Source of the DNA: Mobula birostris
Lineage: Eukaryota
Direction: 5' to 3'
Assembly (NCBI RefSeq): GCF_030028105.1
Contig: NC_092377.1
Coordinates: 35,708,782 to 35,772,781, forward strand
Length of the DNA stretch: 64,000 nucleotides
In this document: positions 14,032 to 26,639 of the stretch, one piece after another
Layout: each line of letters starts with the position of its first letter
Position numbering within the stretch: the first letter of the stretch is position 1
Notes under the pieces: generated by a model
Told to the model about the DNA's origin: nothing
Database searches by the model: none
What the model saw: the letters and a program-made list of their open reading frames with translations, nothing else
Translations under genes and position numbers: made by a program

Positions 14032-14570
14032 TAAGCAGCTCTGTTCCATACACCAAAAGCAGAACTTCCCGGTGGCCAAATATTTTAATTCTGATTCCCA
14101 TTCCATTCTGACGTGTCAGTCCACAGCCTCCTCTTGTGCCAAGATGAGGCCACCCTCAGGGTGGAGGAGCAACACCTTATATTATGTCTGGGTAGCCTCC
14201 AACCTGATGGCTTCAATATCAATTTCTCCTTCTGGTAAAAAAAAAATGTCCCTCCTCCTCCTCCTCTCTTCTATTCCCACCACGACTTCTCTTCTCACCT
14301 GCCTATCACCTCCCTCTGGGTCCCTTCCTCCTTCCCTTTTTCCTGTGGACCACTCTGGTCTCCTAACAGATCTCTTCCTTTCCAGCCCTTTATCTTTCCT
14401 GCCCACCATCTTCACCTATCATGTTCTAGCTATCATTCTTCCCCTCTCCCCAACTTTTTATTCTGGCATCTTCCCTCTTCCTTTCCATTCCTGAAACATC
14501 CAAAACATTGACTGGGTATTGAATTCCCTAGATGCTGCCTGACTTGCTGAGTTCCTTCAGCATTTTGTCT
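14032..14570 (+). mobile_element. PLE 3' fragment (end of GIY-YIG plus pLTR) inserted in a pseudogene exon
   Basis: Homologous to 8080-8681; flanked by gtggt at 14027-14031 and 14571-14575. Confidence 0.85.
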
Positions 14571-14639
14571 GTGGTGCATATGATAAAATGTCTGGGTTTC
14601 GACCAAACACTTAAAATGTTCATCAGTCTTTTTTTAAGA

Positions 14640-15286
14640 TTATGAGGACACACAGTCCTCTTTTATTGTCATTTAGTAATGCATGCATTAAATAATGATA
14701 CAATGTTTCTCCAGAATGATGTCACAGAAACACATGACAACCCGACTGAAAAACTGACAAAAACCACATAATTATAACATATCGTTACAACAGTGCAAAG
14801 CAATACGGTAATTTCATAAAGAACAGACTATGGGCACTGTAAGAAGTCTCAAAGTCTCTCGAAAGTCCCATCATCTCACGCAGACGGTGAACTTCCAGTG
14901 CCTCAAACTTGCCGATGCAGCATCCTAGAAGCATCTGACCACAGTACAACTCCGAGTTCATCCAGAAACTCCGAGCCTCTGACCAGCTCTCCGACACCAA
15001 GCACGGAGCACCATCCCTGCCGAGCGCTTCGACCCCAGCCCCAGCAACAGGCATAGGCAAAGCCAAGGCCAAGGATTTGGGGCCTTCCCCTCCGGAGATT
15101 CTCGATTGCACAGCAGCAGCGGCAGTGAAGCAGGCATTTCAGAAGTTTCTTCAGGTGTTCCTCCGTGCTTCTCACGGGTGTCTCCATCAAATCAGGATTG
15201 TGCACGGCCCCATACGATATACGATATCATTCGGAACGGCCACGCGCGCTGCATCATGCCGCCATCTTCTCCTCCCTCCTCTGCAC
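14640..15286 (-). mobile_element. About 650-bp CpG-rich non-autonomous retroelement with a TAATC tail
   Basis: Near-full-length reverse-complement match to 23371-24017; 6-bp TSD ttaaga at 14634-14639 and 15287-15292. Confidence 0.85.
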
Positions 15287-15482
15287 TTAAGACAAAATAC
15301 ACTGTTCTCTAGAGGAGCTTCTTCAACAGCAGTAAATATACTGACTGAAAAAGAAATATATTTATCTCCATTTCACTGGAATCTAATTACTGCTACACAC
15401 ATTATTAAATGTAAAAAATTAAATCAAAATTCAATTTTAATGTAAAACAAAATTGCATTAATTAATGCAAAGCAACAGTTCT

Positions 15483-15919
15483 CACCCCATCCCCATTTAT
15501 TTATTGTTTTTCAGCTTTTCCTTTTTTTCCCCCCCTCTCTTTTTTCTCTCTCTGTCCCTCTCACAATTACTCCTTGCCTGCTCTCCATCTTCCTCTGGGC
15601 TCCCCTCCCCCTTTCTTTCTCCCTAGGCCTCCCATCCCATGATCCTCTCCCTTTTCCAGCCTTGTATCCCTTTTGCCAATCAACTATCCAGCTCTTAGCT
15701 CCATCCCTCCCCCTCCTGTCTTCTCCTATCATTTCAGATCTCCCCCTCCCACTTTCAAATCTCTTACCATCTCTTTTTTCAGTTAGTCCTGATGAAGGGT
15801 CTCGGCCTGAAATGTCAGCTGTGCTTCTTCCTATGGATGTTGCCTGGCCTGCTGCATTCCACCAGCATTTTCTGTGTGTTGCTTGAATTTCCAGCATCTG
15901 CAGATTTCCTCGTGTTTGC
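15483..15919 (+). mobile_element. Solo PLE pLTR with hammerhead motif and 3' tail
   Basis: Matches 8300-8681; CTGATGA at 15789 and GAAA at 15809. Confidence 0.85.
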
Positions 15920-16594
15920 AACGGTATAAATTATTTGGCAATGTGCAAAGACTCATTTCACACTGGTGGTGGAGGGAGTGATTATTTAAGATGATGAATC
16001 TCTTGTTAATCGAGCACAGTGCTGTCCTAAATGATATCCAGTTTCTCATGCATTGTTGGACCTGGTAGAATTCAGGTAAGAATACTCCTACCTGGTACCT
16101 TGCAAGTAATGAGAAAGATTTGAAGGCATCATTAACTGTAAGATCCCAAACTCTTGTAGTCATGGCAATTAATGAACAAATTTTTGATGGTCAACAGTGA
16201 TTACACATTCTACTGCCAAACTACTACATTTGTAAAGATGAAGAGTATTTCATTGCAGTGCCATTATCTTAAGAAACTAACATATTCTTGAAAAACACTT
16301 CCAAAATATGCTTTCTGACAAATTTGTTAAAAATCTGTTTATATTTTGGGGTCACATGCAGCCTAACAAGAACCTGAATCTCAATGAGCTTTATCATGGG
16401 CTCTTAAACAAAAGACCTGTGCAGTGGATGATGCATTAAATTTAATTCTGCAAGTTTCCTTAGGTTTAGGGAAGGATCCAATGAATGAGAAAAGAGTAAT
16501 TTGTTGAAAAAGACAGGGGTGCAGAAAATAAGAATCTGCAGGTCAGTAACTTGAGAAAATGTTAGAAGGTATTATTACAGACTTTATAGAAGAA

Positions 16595-18130
16595 CTAGAC
16601 CCATTGGGTGACCCTTTGACAGGAAGGTAGTGCAGTCTGATGTGATGTGCTTTGAGAGCTAAAGAAGAAAAGCTAAGTTTATTAAAGAAGAAAGACACGT
16701 AGCAAGACAAAATATAGCTCCTCCTCGTTTAACGAAGGACACTTTTGATGCCAACATTTCTGGTTGATCTGCCACCCTTCAAGAATACTCTAATGTTTTC
16801 ATTTCTTTTTCCCTGGCTTAAAGCCACATCCAGCTGACCACGCTGGAATACCGGTCTCTCCAAGTAAATCGACACATTCTCCATGGTTTGGCCTTGCGCC
16901 TTATGTATAGTCATAGCAAAGCTTGACTGTATCGGGAACTGGCTCCGCTGAAGAGGGACATCCTCCCCTTCTGATAAACTGAGAGTAATTCTTGAGAACA
17001 CACCAATATTTATCTTTGCTACGATGAGATTGTCGTGCAGCTCTTCCACCATTATTCGTGTTCCATTGCAAAGCCTTGGTGGATCCAAGTTCCTCATTGA
17101 AATGATGGGAGATCCCCTCTTCAACTCCAGTGTATGTGGTGGCAATCCAGAGAGTTCGACCGAATCAAGGAATTCTGTTGGAAAATGAGTGGCATTAGCT
17201 CCTTCACTTACGGCATTGAAGGAACAGTATTCTTTCATGATTCCAGGGAAGGTCTAATGCATGTGAAGTTTATTTTTCGCATCACTTCATTTAGAGGAAC
17301 CAAGATAGAATTCCTCGAGAACAGTTCTGCAGGATTGTTGAATGTCAGGTAGATGGAATCAATGCATTCTTCCATAGTTTTTGCTGGCAGAATCATATCT
17401 TCAGGTAATTCGATTTCATCAATTTCATTTTTCTCAATTTTGTCCTCTCCAAAATCCAATAACAACTCAGAACATCATCCTTCTTCCTCACTCAATCGCA
17501 TGTTTCTCGTCAATTGAAATTTGATGAAGCTTCTCTATAAGTAGGATTTTATTATGCATGAATTCTTCACATCAGCATCATTTCCTCATTTCACAACTGC
17601 TAGATGCTGACGGAAATCACCACAGCAAATGGTTAAAATACCCCTGAAGGCCTCATTCTTGCTGCATACATCACGAAGTGCAGACCACAGCTTCGAAACT
17701 CTCCCTCCTAATCATGGGGCACTCATTCCAGACAATAAGCCTCGCATTTTGGAGTAAATTTGCAGTATTGGTGTTTTTAAATTGATGTTACAAAGGGCAT
17801 CTTCATTGACTTTGAGGGGTATTTTGAATCTTGAACCTTGAACCTTGAATGCGCTGTCCTACCACCAGACATCAATGTTGCTGCAGTGCATGCGCCGTTG
17901 TGTCGCCTCACGGTTTCCATTAAAGCTGGAATCAGCTCGGGTTGTGGAAAGCGGGGCCTGTTGATTGATGAGTGAGCAATTTTATGCAAATATATAACTC
18001 TGAACTTTGCATGCATTCTTTAAGTTAGCGCATTTTAAGTCGATTTAGTCAAAAAAAGTGCCGCTGTAATGCACTGTTTGGGCTAATTGGAGGTCACAAA
18101 CAGAGCATGAGAATTTTAGAAGTATATAGA
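16595..18130 (-). mobile_element. Internally deleted Helitron with both termini and a decayed PIF1-family helicase
   Basis: 5' a|TCTATATAC at 18130; 3' acccaatgggt hairpin plus CTAG|t at 16595; A/T target site with no TSD. Helicase motifs: GGRTAHSRFK, CGDFRQ, SGLPPHTLELKRGSPII.MRNLDPPRLCNGTR, QFPIQSSFAMTIHKAQGQT. Confidence 0.92.
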
Positions 18131-18139
18131 TACTTAAAA

Positions 18140-19250
18140 ATAATTTGACAAAGGCAACATAGTTTTGTGAAAAGGAAATCAAGCTTGACTAATCTATAGG
18201 AGTTCTTTGAAGAACCAGTGGATTCACTAATTGTAGGTTTCAAGGAGACATTTGATAAAGGTGTCACAAAGTTTACCACAGAAAGTAAAAGTTCAACATG
18301 AAGGTTGTAAGAAGGATATAGACAGGTGAAGTGTGTAAGGGTCTAGAAAATGGAATGTAATGTGGGAAAATGTAAAACTGTCAATTCCAATGGGATAAAT
18401 TAAAAAGTAGCATCCTAATAAATTCTGAGAGATTGCAGAACTCAGTCACAATGGGATTGAGGGGTTATGATTGGCACAAAAAGTAATTAGGAAAACTAAA
18501 AATGCCATAATTTATTGTGAAGGGAATTGTCCACTCAGAAACCGTGGACAGGCAGTGATTTTTTCCCCATGGCAAAAATGACTAGTACAAGGGGGCATAA
18601 TTTTGAGGTGATTGGAGGAAAGTATAGGACAGATGCCAGAGGTACATTTTTTATTTTAAAACACACAAAGAGTGGTAGGTGCGTGGAACCTACACCAGAT
18701 ACATTAGGGATACTTAAGAGACTCTTTGATGGGCACATTGATAATAGAAAAATGGAGGGTTAAGTGAGTGGGAGAGATTCGATTGACCTTGGAGTAGGTT
18801 AAACGGAAGGCACAGCATTGTTGGTCATAGGGCCTGTATAATGCAGTGATGTTCCATGTTCTATGAATTGAAAACGAAAGCAGGGAGCCTGTGTTTTAAG
18901 TACAGTATATAGAACAAGAATGAGACCATCTGTAATCTTGTATATAGATTACGCTTTCATTTAAGGAAAATGTACTTAACAACTCTTGTGGAGAATCCCA
19001 AATTAGGGGCCACTAGCTGAAAATAAGGGGGTGCCCATTTAAAAGAGATGAGATGATTTTTCTTTGTCTCAAAGGGGTCTAGGTTTTTTTGAACCCTTTT
19101 TCAAAAAGTGCTGGAAGCAGAGACCTTGAATAGCATTTTGTTGATGAAGAAGCCAGAGATGAGATTGGAAGCAAAATGGATTCACATTACCTTATTGAAC
19201 AGCAGAGAAGAGTTGAGCAACCAGGGGCCTAATCCTGCTCCTAAATCACA
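18140..19250 (+). mobile_element. Old CR1 fragments
   Basis: SSLTNL.EFFEE, FDKGV and TSTRGHNFEVIGGKYR segments; heavily decayed. Confidence 0.65.
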
Positions 19251-19456
19251 TGACTCAACTATTGCTCCTTACTGAAAATATAGAAAAGAAATAAACTGAT
19301 ATAATATAAGATGGGTCTTTATTTTCCATTAAGTTTCCTTGATGGAATATAACTCCTAAAGATCGATTTCTGGGACAGATTATCTGAATACATTAACCCC
19401 AGGAATTTAAAGCTGCTCACCCCCTTCACTGCCAATTCACCAATATAGATTGGTCA

Positions 19457-20300
19457 CAAACAAGAAATAATCTGCAGATGCTGGAAATCCAAGCAACACC
19501 CACAAAACGCTGGAGGAACTCAGCAGGCCAGGTAGCATCTAGGAAACAAATATAGTCAACATTTTGAGCTGAAACCCTTTGGCAGAACTGGAGAAAAAAA
19601 GCTGAAGAGTATATTTAATAGGTAGGGGGGAGGGGACGCGGTACAGAGCTGGGAAGTAAATTGGAAAAAGACACAGAAGGCCATAGAAGAACAAAAAAAA
19701 AGGGGGAGGAGCACCAGAGGGAGGTGATGGGTGGGCAAGGAGATAAGGTGAGAGAGGGAAAAGGGGATAGGAAATGGAGAAGGTGGGGTAGGAGGCATTA
19801 CTGGAAGTTCAAGAAATTGATGTTCATGCAATCAGGTTGGAGGCTACCCAAATGAAATATAAGGTGTTGTTCCTCCACCCTAAGTGTGGCCTCATCATGA
19901 CAGTGGAGGAAGCCATGGACAGACATATTGGAATGGGAATGGGAAGTAGTACTAAAATGAGTGGCCACTGGAAGATCCTGCTTTTTCAGGTGGACGGAGC
20001 ATAGGTGCTTAGCAAAGAAGTCTCCCAATCTACATAGAGTCTCACTGATATACAGGCCACACCAGGATACAGTAGATGACCCTAAAAGGCTCACAGGTGA
20101 AGTATCACCTCACCTGGAAGTGTTGTTGGGGCCCGGAATGGTAGTGAGGGAGGAGGTGTAGGGGCAGGTGTAGCACTTGTTCCACTTGCAAGGATAAGTA
20201 GCAGGAGAGAGATCAGTGGTGAGGGAAGAATGGACAAGAGAGTCACATATAGGGTGATTCCTGCGCAAAGCAGGAAGTTGGAGGAGGAGGGAAAGATGTG
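19457..20300 (-). mobile_element. PLE 3' fragment (GIY-YIG plus pLTR)
   Basis: CGLYISETLCRLGDFFAKHL and EEQHLIFHLGSLQPDCMNI, followed by a pLTR with tail. Confidence 0.9.
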
Positions 20301-21205
20301 CTACTGGTATACATGTAGACTGGTACAGTACACGGTTGCCATCCTTAACCTTCAATGATATTGTGAGAGAGGTTGCTGCTGCAGCACTACTCTACTAGGT
20401 ATCTTCTCTTGCTCCTGTACGCCACCACCTGTGAAAATTCATCCAACATCAGTAGTATCATTAATAAATTTGTATATTACCCCTAATGATCAGGCTTTTG
20501 GACCAGAAGGGATAACTTCTCTCACTCCACCTACCCCATCACTGAACTGTTCCCAAAACCTATACTCACTTTCAAGGACTCTTCATCTCATGGTGTCACC
20601 ATTTATTGTTTATTTACTTATTATTTATTATTATTTCTTTTTTTCTTTTTGTATTTGCCCAGGGGGCTAAGTATGCTTCGAGCCATGCCAACTCATTACA
20701 GCTACCACTGGACAGAAGTTACATTAGCCTGAAGTCCACATAAGCAGGTTCAAATACAGCTAGTTCCCTTCAATCATTTGGTTCTTGAACCATCCTGCAC
20801 AACCTTAATCACTTCCTCACGATAGCAACTTTATGACCACTTGGCACTCCAATGGACCTTTTTTGTTCAAATTGTGCTCTTTCATTGCGTTGCAAACATT
20901 CAAAATTAACTCCCATATCTTCTCACATTCTCCAGCCTGTTTTAATTCTATCTCAACAACTTCCTCAAGCTCAAAATCACTCTCCTCCCTTTCTCCCAGC
21001 AAAATACAACTTTTCTGACGCTGGCATACAAAGCTGCTTCCTTCTCATAGTTGGTAATGCAGCCTAGGTGCAGACAATTTGGCTTGCTTTTACTTCTCTC
21101 AATTTCTTGAGCATATTCTTTTTGCTAATTTGATTTACTTTAATTTCTTTGCTATCATGAGACCCTCAGTTCTTCACAATTTCCATTATGTTCTTTGACA
21201 CCTAC

Positions 21206-21405
21206 CCCACGCACTGATATGGATGGTAATAAATAACAGGGACATCTGAATTAGGAGTGCCAGCTTTTGGAATTCTCTTTGTAAGCTCCTCTGCCACTCC
21301 ACCTTTCTCTTTAAAATCTCCAAATTTGACCAGTTTTGCTCCCACCACAATATCATTAACACATTCGGCCAGAATTGGGCAAGTCTTTTGCACCCATGGA
21401 CAAAA
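21206..21405 (-). pseudogene. Exon relic (200 nt, phase 0 to 2, open)
   Basis: Acceptor ttatttcatccttgttag, donor GGG|gtaggt. FCPWVQKTCPILAECVNDIVVGAKLVKFGDFKEKGGVAEELTKRIPKAGTPNSDVPVIYYHPYQCV(G). Confidence 0.78.
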
Positions 21406-22035
21406 CTAACAAGGATGAAATAAAACTCAGTACTACTCAGTAGTCACTAGTTTACAAAAAGAAAATAATTAGGAAAAATACAAGGAGGAAAGAAAATCCT
21501 AAATAAAGTAAGTTTTTACAAAGTGTAGATATCACAGAAGAACTTTTTTGTCTGCAATCAGGTTGATGCCAAATTTCTCCTGCAGTTTTACCTTTTAACC
21601 TTCACTTCCAAGAACTTATGATTGCAGCCTGATACTGATTACTTGGGGGGGGGTTAAGCACATTACTGAATACTTGCCTTGTCCGTTCCAATTATAATTA
21701 TTTATTAACATTCGCGTGAGAATTTTACATTGTGCTAGTTATGCAAGCATACACAATTAGAATTTGCAGATGGCTGAAATATTAAAGGAATATTTTGTAC
21801 AAAAGTGTGTAGCAGGATAGAGTCATAGAAAAGTACAGCACAGAACAGGCTATTTGGCCCACCTAGTCCATGCTGAAACCATTTAAACTGCCAACTCCTA
21901 TTGACCTGCACTGGGATCACAGCCATCCATACCCCTACCAAAACTTCTCTTAACCATTGAAATGGAGCTCGCATGCACCACTTGTGCTGGAAGCTCGTTT
22001 CACACCCTCATGACCTTCAGAGCGCAGCAGTTTAG

Positions 22036-22525
22036 ATTTCCAGCATCTGCAGACTTTCTCTTGTTTGTGATTAGGCTACTACACTGCAAAGTCTCTTCCG
22101 GGAATGCCTACCCTGAAGTTTAAATCTTCCTTTGGATGGGAGTTCAGTGAAACCCTCTCTTACTACTCGCCCTCTGTGGTCTCTGCTGCTCTCCAATTCT
22201 TCGATTATGTGCACACCAAGACCTGCTACCACAGCCATATATCCTTCCTGGAAACATGTCTTCACCGCCAGCTTGTACCACATGGCTTCCAGACCCATCT
22301 GTTTCACCAATCAACTTCCCATCTCTTTACTTCACTCCTCCCCCCTCCGGGCTTCACCTATCACCTTGTGGTTCTTCCTCCCCTCCACCCACTTTCTTAC
22401 TCTGACTCCTCAGCTTCCCACCCCCGCCCCCAATTCCTGATGATGGGTCTCAAACCAAAACATTGATTATACTCTTTTCCATAGACAGTGCCTGGTCTGC
22501 TCTCCAGCATTTTGTCTGTGTTCCC
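22036..22525 (+). mobile_element. Internally deleted PLE (pLTR tail, probable ORF N-terminus, pLTR end)
   Basis: Starts with the pLTR tail and ends with the pLTR end and a degenerate hammerhead; between them YHSHISFLETCLHRQLVPHGF is a probable PLE ORF N-terminus. Confidence 0.7.
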
Positions 22526-24665
22526 TTCATCTGTTATCATTAGCTTTTATTCTGACAAGTGCATACAAGCTTTGTACTCTCAAAATTTCACTTTTGAAAG
22601 CCTCCCACTTAACAAGTACACTTTTGCCAGGAAACAGTCTGTCCCAATCCACACCTGCTAGATCCTTTCTGATACCATCAAAATTGGTCTTCCTGCAATT
22701 TTGAATCTCAACCCAAGAACCAGACCTATCCTTTTGCACATTTACTTTGAAACTAATGGCAATGTGATTACTAGATAAAGTATTCCCCTACAGAAACTTC
22801 TGTCACCTGCCCTGTCTCATTTCCTAATATCAGATCAAATATCACATGCTCTCTCGTTGGGACTTCCACGTACTAATTAAGCAAACTTTCCTGAACACCC
22901 TTGACAAATCTATCCTATCTAGTGCTTTTACAGTATGGGAGTCCCAGTCAACATGTGGAAAGTTAAAAATCACCTACTATATCAACTTTACATTTCTTGC
23001 AACAGTCAGCAATCTCTTCCCAAATTTGTTCTTCTAAATTGCTTGGACTGTTGGGTGGCCAGTGACATAGCCACATTAATATGGTCCTACCTTTCTTATT
23101 TTTCAGTTCCACCCATAACGCCTCACTAGATGAATTCTCCAGTCTGTCCTGACTCAGCCCAGGCGTGATATTTTCCCTGACTAGCAATGCAACCTCTCCT
23201 CCTTTAATCCCTCGTTTTGTTGTGTCTAAAACATTGGAATCCCAGATTACTGAGCTAACAGTTCTGCCCCTCCTGCAACCAAGTCTCACCAATAGCTGCA
23301 ACAACATAATTCCAGGTGTTGATCCATGCCCTGAGCTCATCTGCCTTTCCTACAATACTCCCTGCATTGAACTCCCTGTTGAGGCGGGAGGAGAAGATAA
23401 CGGCGCGACGCAGCGCGCACGGCCGTTCCGAATGATATTGTATGTGTTAACTAGGGGGCCGTGCACAATCCTGATTTGATGGAGACAGCCATGAAAACCA
23501 CAGAGGAACACCTGGAGAAACTTCTGAAATGCTCGCTTCGCTGCCACTGTGCGATCGAGAATCTCCGGAGGGGAAGGCCCCAAATCCTCGGCTTTGCCTA
23601 TTGCCTGTTGCTGGGGCCAGGGTCAAAGCGCTTGGCAGAGATGGTGCTCGGTGTCGGAGAGCTGGTCGGAGGCTCGGAGTTTTCTGACGGACTCGGAGCC
23701 GGACTGTGGTCGGATGCTTCCAGGATGCTGCATCGGCAAGTTTGCTGCGCTGGAGGTTCACCGTCTGTGTGAGATGATGGGACTTTTGAGATTTTTTACC
23801 GTGCCCATGGTCTGTTCTTATTAAATTACAGTATTCCTTTGCACTGTTGTAACTACATGTTATAATTATGTGGTTTTTGTCAGCTTTTCAGTTGGTTTGT
23901 CATGTGTTTCTGTGATATCATTTTGGAAAAACATTGTATCATTTCTTAATGCATGCATTACTAAATGACAATAAAAGAGGATTGTGTGTCCTCATAATCT
24001 AATCTAATCTAATCTAATATACGCAGCTCACACCATGCTCAACCTATTGGTTCCGGACTTGTCTTAACAACATCTTTCTCCACAACATCTTAACCAACCG
24101 TTCCAGCGCTCGGGTTCCCAACCCCCTGCAACTCTAGTTTAAACCCTACCGTGCAGCATTAACAACCTTCCCACTAGATATTAGCCCCCACTCCAGTTCA
24201 GGTGCAGACTGTCCCTTCTGTACAGGTCCCACCTTCCCTGGATGAAAGTCCAATGATCCAAAAATCTTATGCCCTCCCTCCTACACCAACTCCATAGCAA
24301 TGTAAACAGTATAATCTTCCTAGTTCTGGCCTCACTAGCATGTGGCATGGGTAACAAACCTGAGATCACAACCCTGGAGGTCCTGTCCTTTAACCCCTTG
24401 AACTCTTTGCGAAACAGCTTCACTCTTCCTACCTATGTCATTGGTACCTACATAGACCATGACCTCTGGCTGTCCACTCTCAGACTTAAGAATGCTGAGG
24501 TGTCCTGGACCCTGGCACTCGGGAGGCAATATACTATCTGAGAGTCTCATTCGTGTTCTCAGAACCTCCTTTCTGTTCCCCTAGCTAGCGAATTCCCTAT
24601 CACCAGATCTCGCCTCTTCTCCCCACTTCCCTTCTGAGTCATAGAGTCAAACTCAGTGCCAGAGT
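22526..24665 (-). mobile_element. CR1 LINE 5' portion (ORF1 SGNH esterase plus ORF2 APE), interrupted at 23371-24017
   Basis: ORF1: VYVGTNDIG, RVVISGLLP, FLDHW..GRWDLYRRDSLHLNWSG. APE: GGEVALLVRE, EALWVEL, IVGDF. Confidence 0.9.
23371..24017 (+). mobile_element. Second copy of the about 650-bp CpG-rich non-autonomous retroelement, with (TAATC)n tail
   Basis: Collinear with the reverse complement of 14640-15286; inserted in a CR1 at cattgaa|atatac. Confidence 0.85.
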
Positions 24666-25140
24666 CAAAGAATACAAAGAAAATTGTCATGAACCAAAGG
24701 TCTAATGATAGCAAGGAACTTAATGTACATCAATGTTAACAAAAGAATGTACTAGAGAAATTAAGGGAACTAAAAGTAGACTAAATTGTCTCTATCTTAG
24801 AGCTCTAAAAGAAGAAGTGATTGCAGAGAAAGTGGAAGCACTTGTAATGAACTTTTAAAATCTATAAATTCAGATTTGGTTCCAGTTAAATGTATGGTCA
24901 GAAATCAACAGATTAACGAGGAGACAAAGAGAATGACAAATCAATTGACCCAACTGATTACGGCTAATAAAATGAGAAATCCATTTTCAACAAATTCGTA
25001 TCAACACACTTCTAAAATCATACTGTAAGCACTTTAATACATTTCAAACTGTTTCACTAATGCCATTAAATCACATCAATGTAGGATTTCATGAGAAAAC
25101 ATGTAATTATTAACATGTACATCCTTCTAATACAGCTCAC

Positions 25141-25396
25141 TACTTCAATCCAGGGATCTGACTGATGTTATTTACAGGATCTGCTGCAAAGAATGATCGA
25201 CTTGGATTCTGTGAACAGCTGGACAGGAAACTCTGGGGCGTGGGAGCAAGTTAGACAATCAAACACTTCATGGTAGAGATCTGACATTGTAGTATTGCAG
25301 AAATTGTAGATTTGAGTATAATGTTGAACTGACTGCAATGTTTATCAGATAATGTGGTTCTCATGATTGTACTTGGGAAAATATCCATAAAAAATA
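25141..25396 (-). pseudogene. Exon relic (256 nt, phase 2 to 0; Cys repeat 3, FZ-CRD-like)
   Basis: Acceptor ttccacaatctccag, donor GTA|gtgagc. IFYGYFPKYNHENHII**TLQSVQHYTQIYNFCNTTMSDLYHEVFDCLTCSHAPEFPVQLFTESKSIILCSRSCK*HQSDPWIEV. Confidence 0.68.
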
Positions 25397-26639
25397 CTGG
25401 AGATTGTGGAAAATTCCCCAAGGTAAGATGTACTTTATTTGCCTACATGATAAAACATTTTATCACTGTATTTAAAAACAAACATGCATAAAAAGGGATA
25501 ATCCGGGAAATTATAGGCCAATGAGCCTCAAATCAGTAATAGGAAAGCTATCAGAAGGTATTCTTTACTCATATTTTGAGCAACACAGGCTAATTAAGTA
25601 GAGTTGATATGGTGTTGTGTGGAGCAGTCCATGTCTTACAAACTTGACCAAGTTAATTTTTGAGGAGGTGAGAGATATGATTGATGAGAGAGTGCAGTGG
25701 ATGTTGTCTGCATGGACTTCGGTAAAGCATTTGCCATTTATGGATTGTTTGTATTTATTGCGAAAGATATGCAGTGCATAATTTGGGAAGCTTTGAGGTG
25801 CTGGTGTATTGCTGATAGTTTTATCCTTCATATTTGATGATCGACTTTCTTCCATTGTAGAGTCTGCAAAGACGATTGATTGGGATGAAAAGGTCAATGC
25901 ATGAAGAGCTTCCCAGCTCTTTACTTCATCCTTCCCCCTCCAGGGTCACATATCAGCTTGTGTTTTTCTCTCTCCCCTCCCCCCACCTTTTAAATCTACT
26001 CATCTTTTCTTCTACAGTCCTGCCAAAAGGTTTCAGCCCAAAACATTGCCTGTACTCTTTTTCCACAGATGCTGCCTGGCCTGCTGAGTTCCTCCAGCAT
26101 CTTGTGTGTGTTGCTCAGATTTCCAGCATATGCAGATTTTCTCTTGTTTGTGCAGAGATGCTTAGCAAGCTGGGCCTATGCTCACTGGGGTTTAGAGTGG
26201 GGTTACCTAGAATATAGGGGCATATTAGAGACTTGCACAGAGATTAGGAAGAATTTCTTTTCTTGGAAGGGCAAGAATGAATGTTTGTCAATAATATATA
26301 TTATACTATACAATAAGTATGATGAAGGGAGATTATTCTTCCTTTGACAAAGACTGTTGGAAGGAGGTTTGATCAAGGTGCAAAGACCCTGACTAGTTCA
26401 GATAGTGTAAAATAGTGGAAGCCATTCAAGTTAACATATGATTCTGGACATATTTAAGGTCTTTGGACAAAGATACAATGACAAACCCCAACTCCTCAGG
26501 GAATGGTTAGGGCCTGGAAATCACTGCTTGCAAGTATGGTGTAAACAGAATCAAATATTGACTTCAGAGAAGAATTTGAGTGGGCCCTCAAGAGGTCTTT
26601 GGGGAATAAGCAGGTGTCAATGGAATTACCAAGAGCAAA

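Larger units (their letters stand above)
13857..15340 (-). pseudogene. Single 287-nt exon relic now split in three by two TE insertions (14032-14570 and 14640-15286)
   Basis: Acceptor ttctttttcagtcag, donor TTG|gtaaat. Removing each insertion plus one TSD copy gives 95 in-frame codons with one stop: IFTAVEEAPLENSVFCLKKRLMNILSVWSKPRHFIICTTPSAFLAHEYIFEL*LTYIRFAQENHSNWAEKFTKDSFPLTCTFLSNPVFQMESATV. Confidence 0.75.

Noticed and set aside
20817-21190. Acidic ORF MLGEREESDFELEEVVEIEL and adjacent purine-rich minus-strand DNA as a host exon
   Set aside because: The adjacent sequence resembles the decayed CR1 KL..LKA.K..LHPR region, and there are no convincing splice sites.
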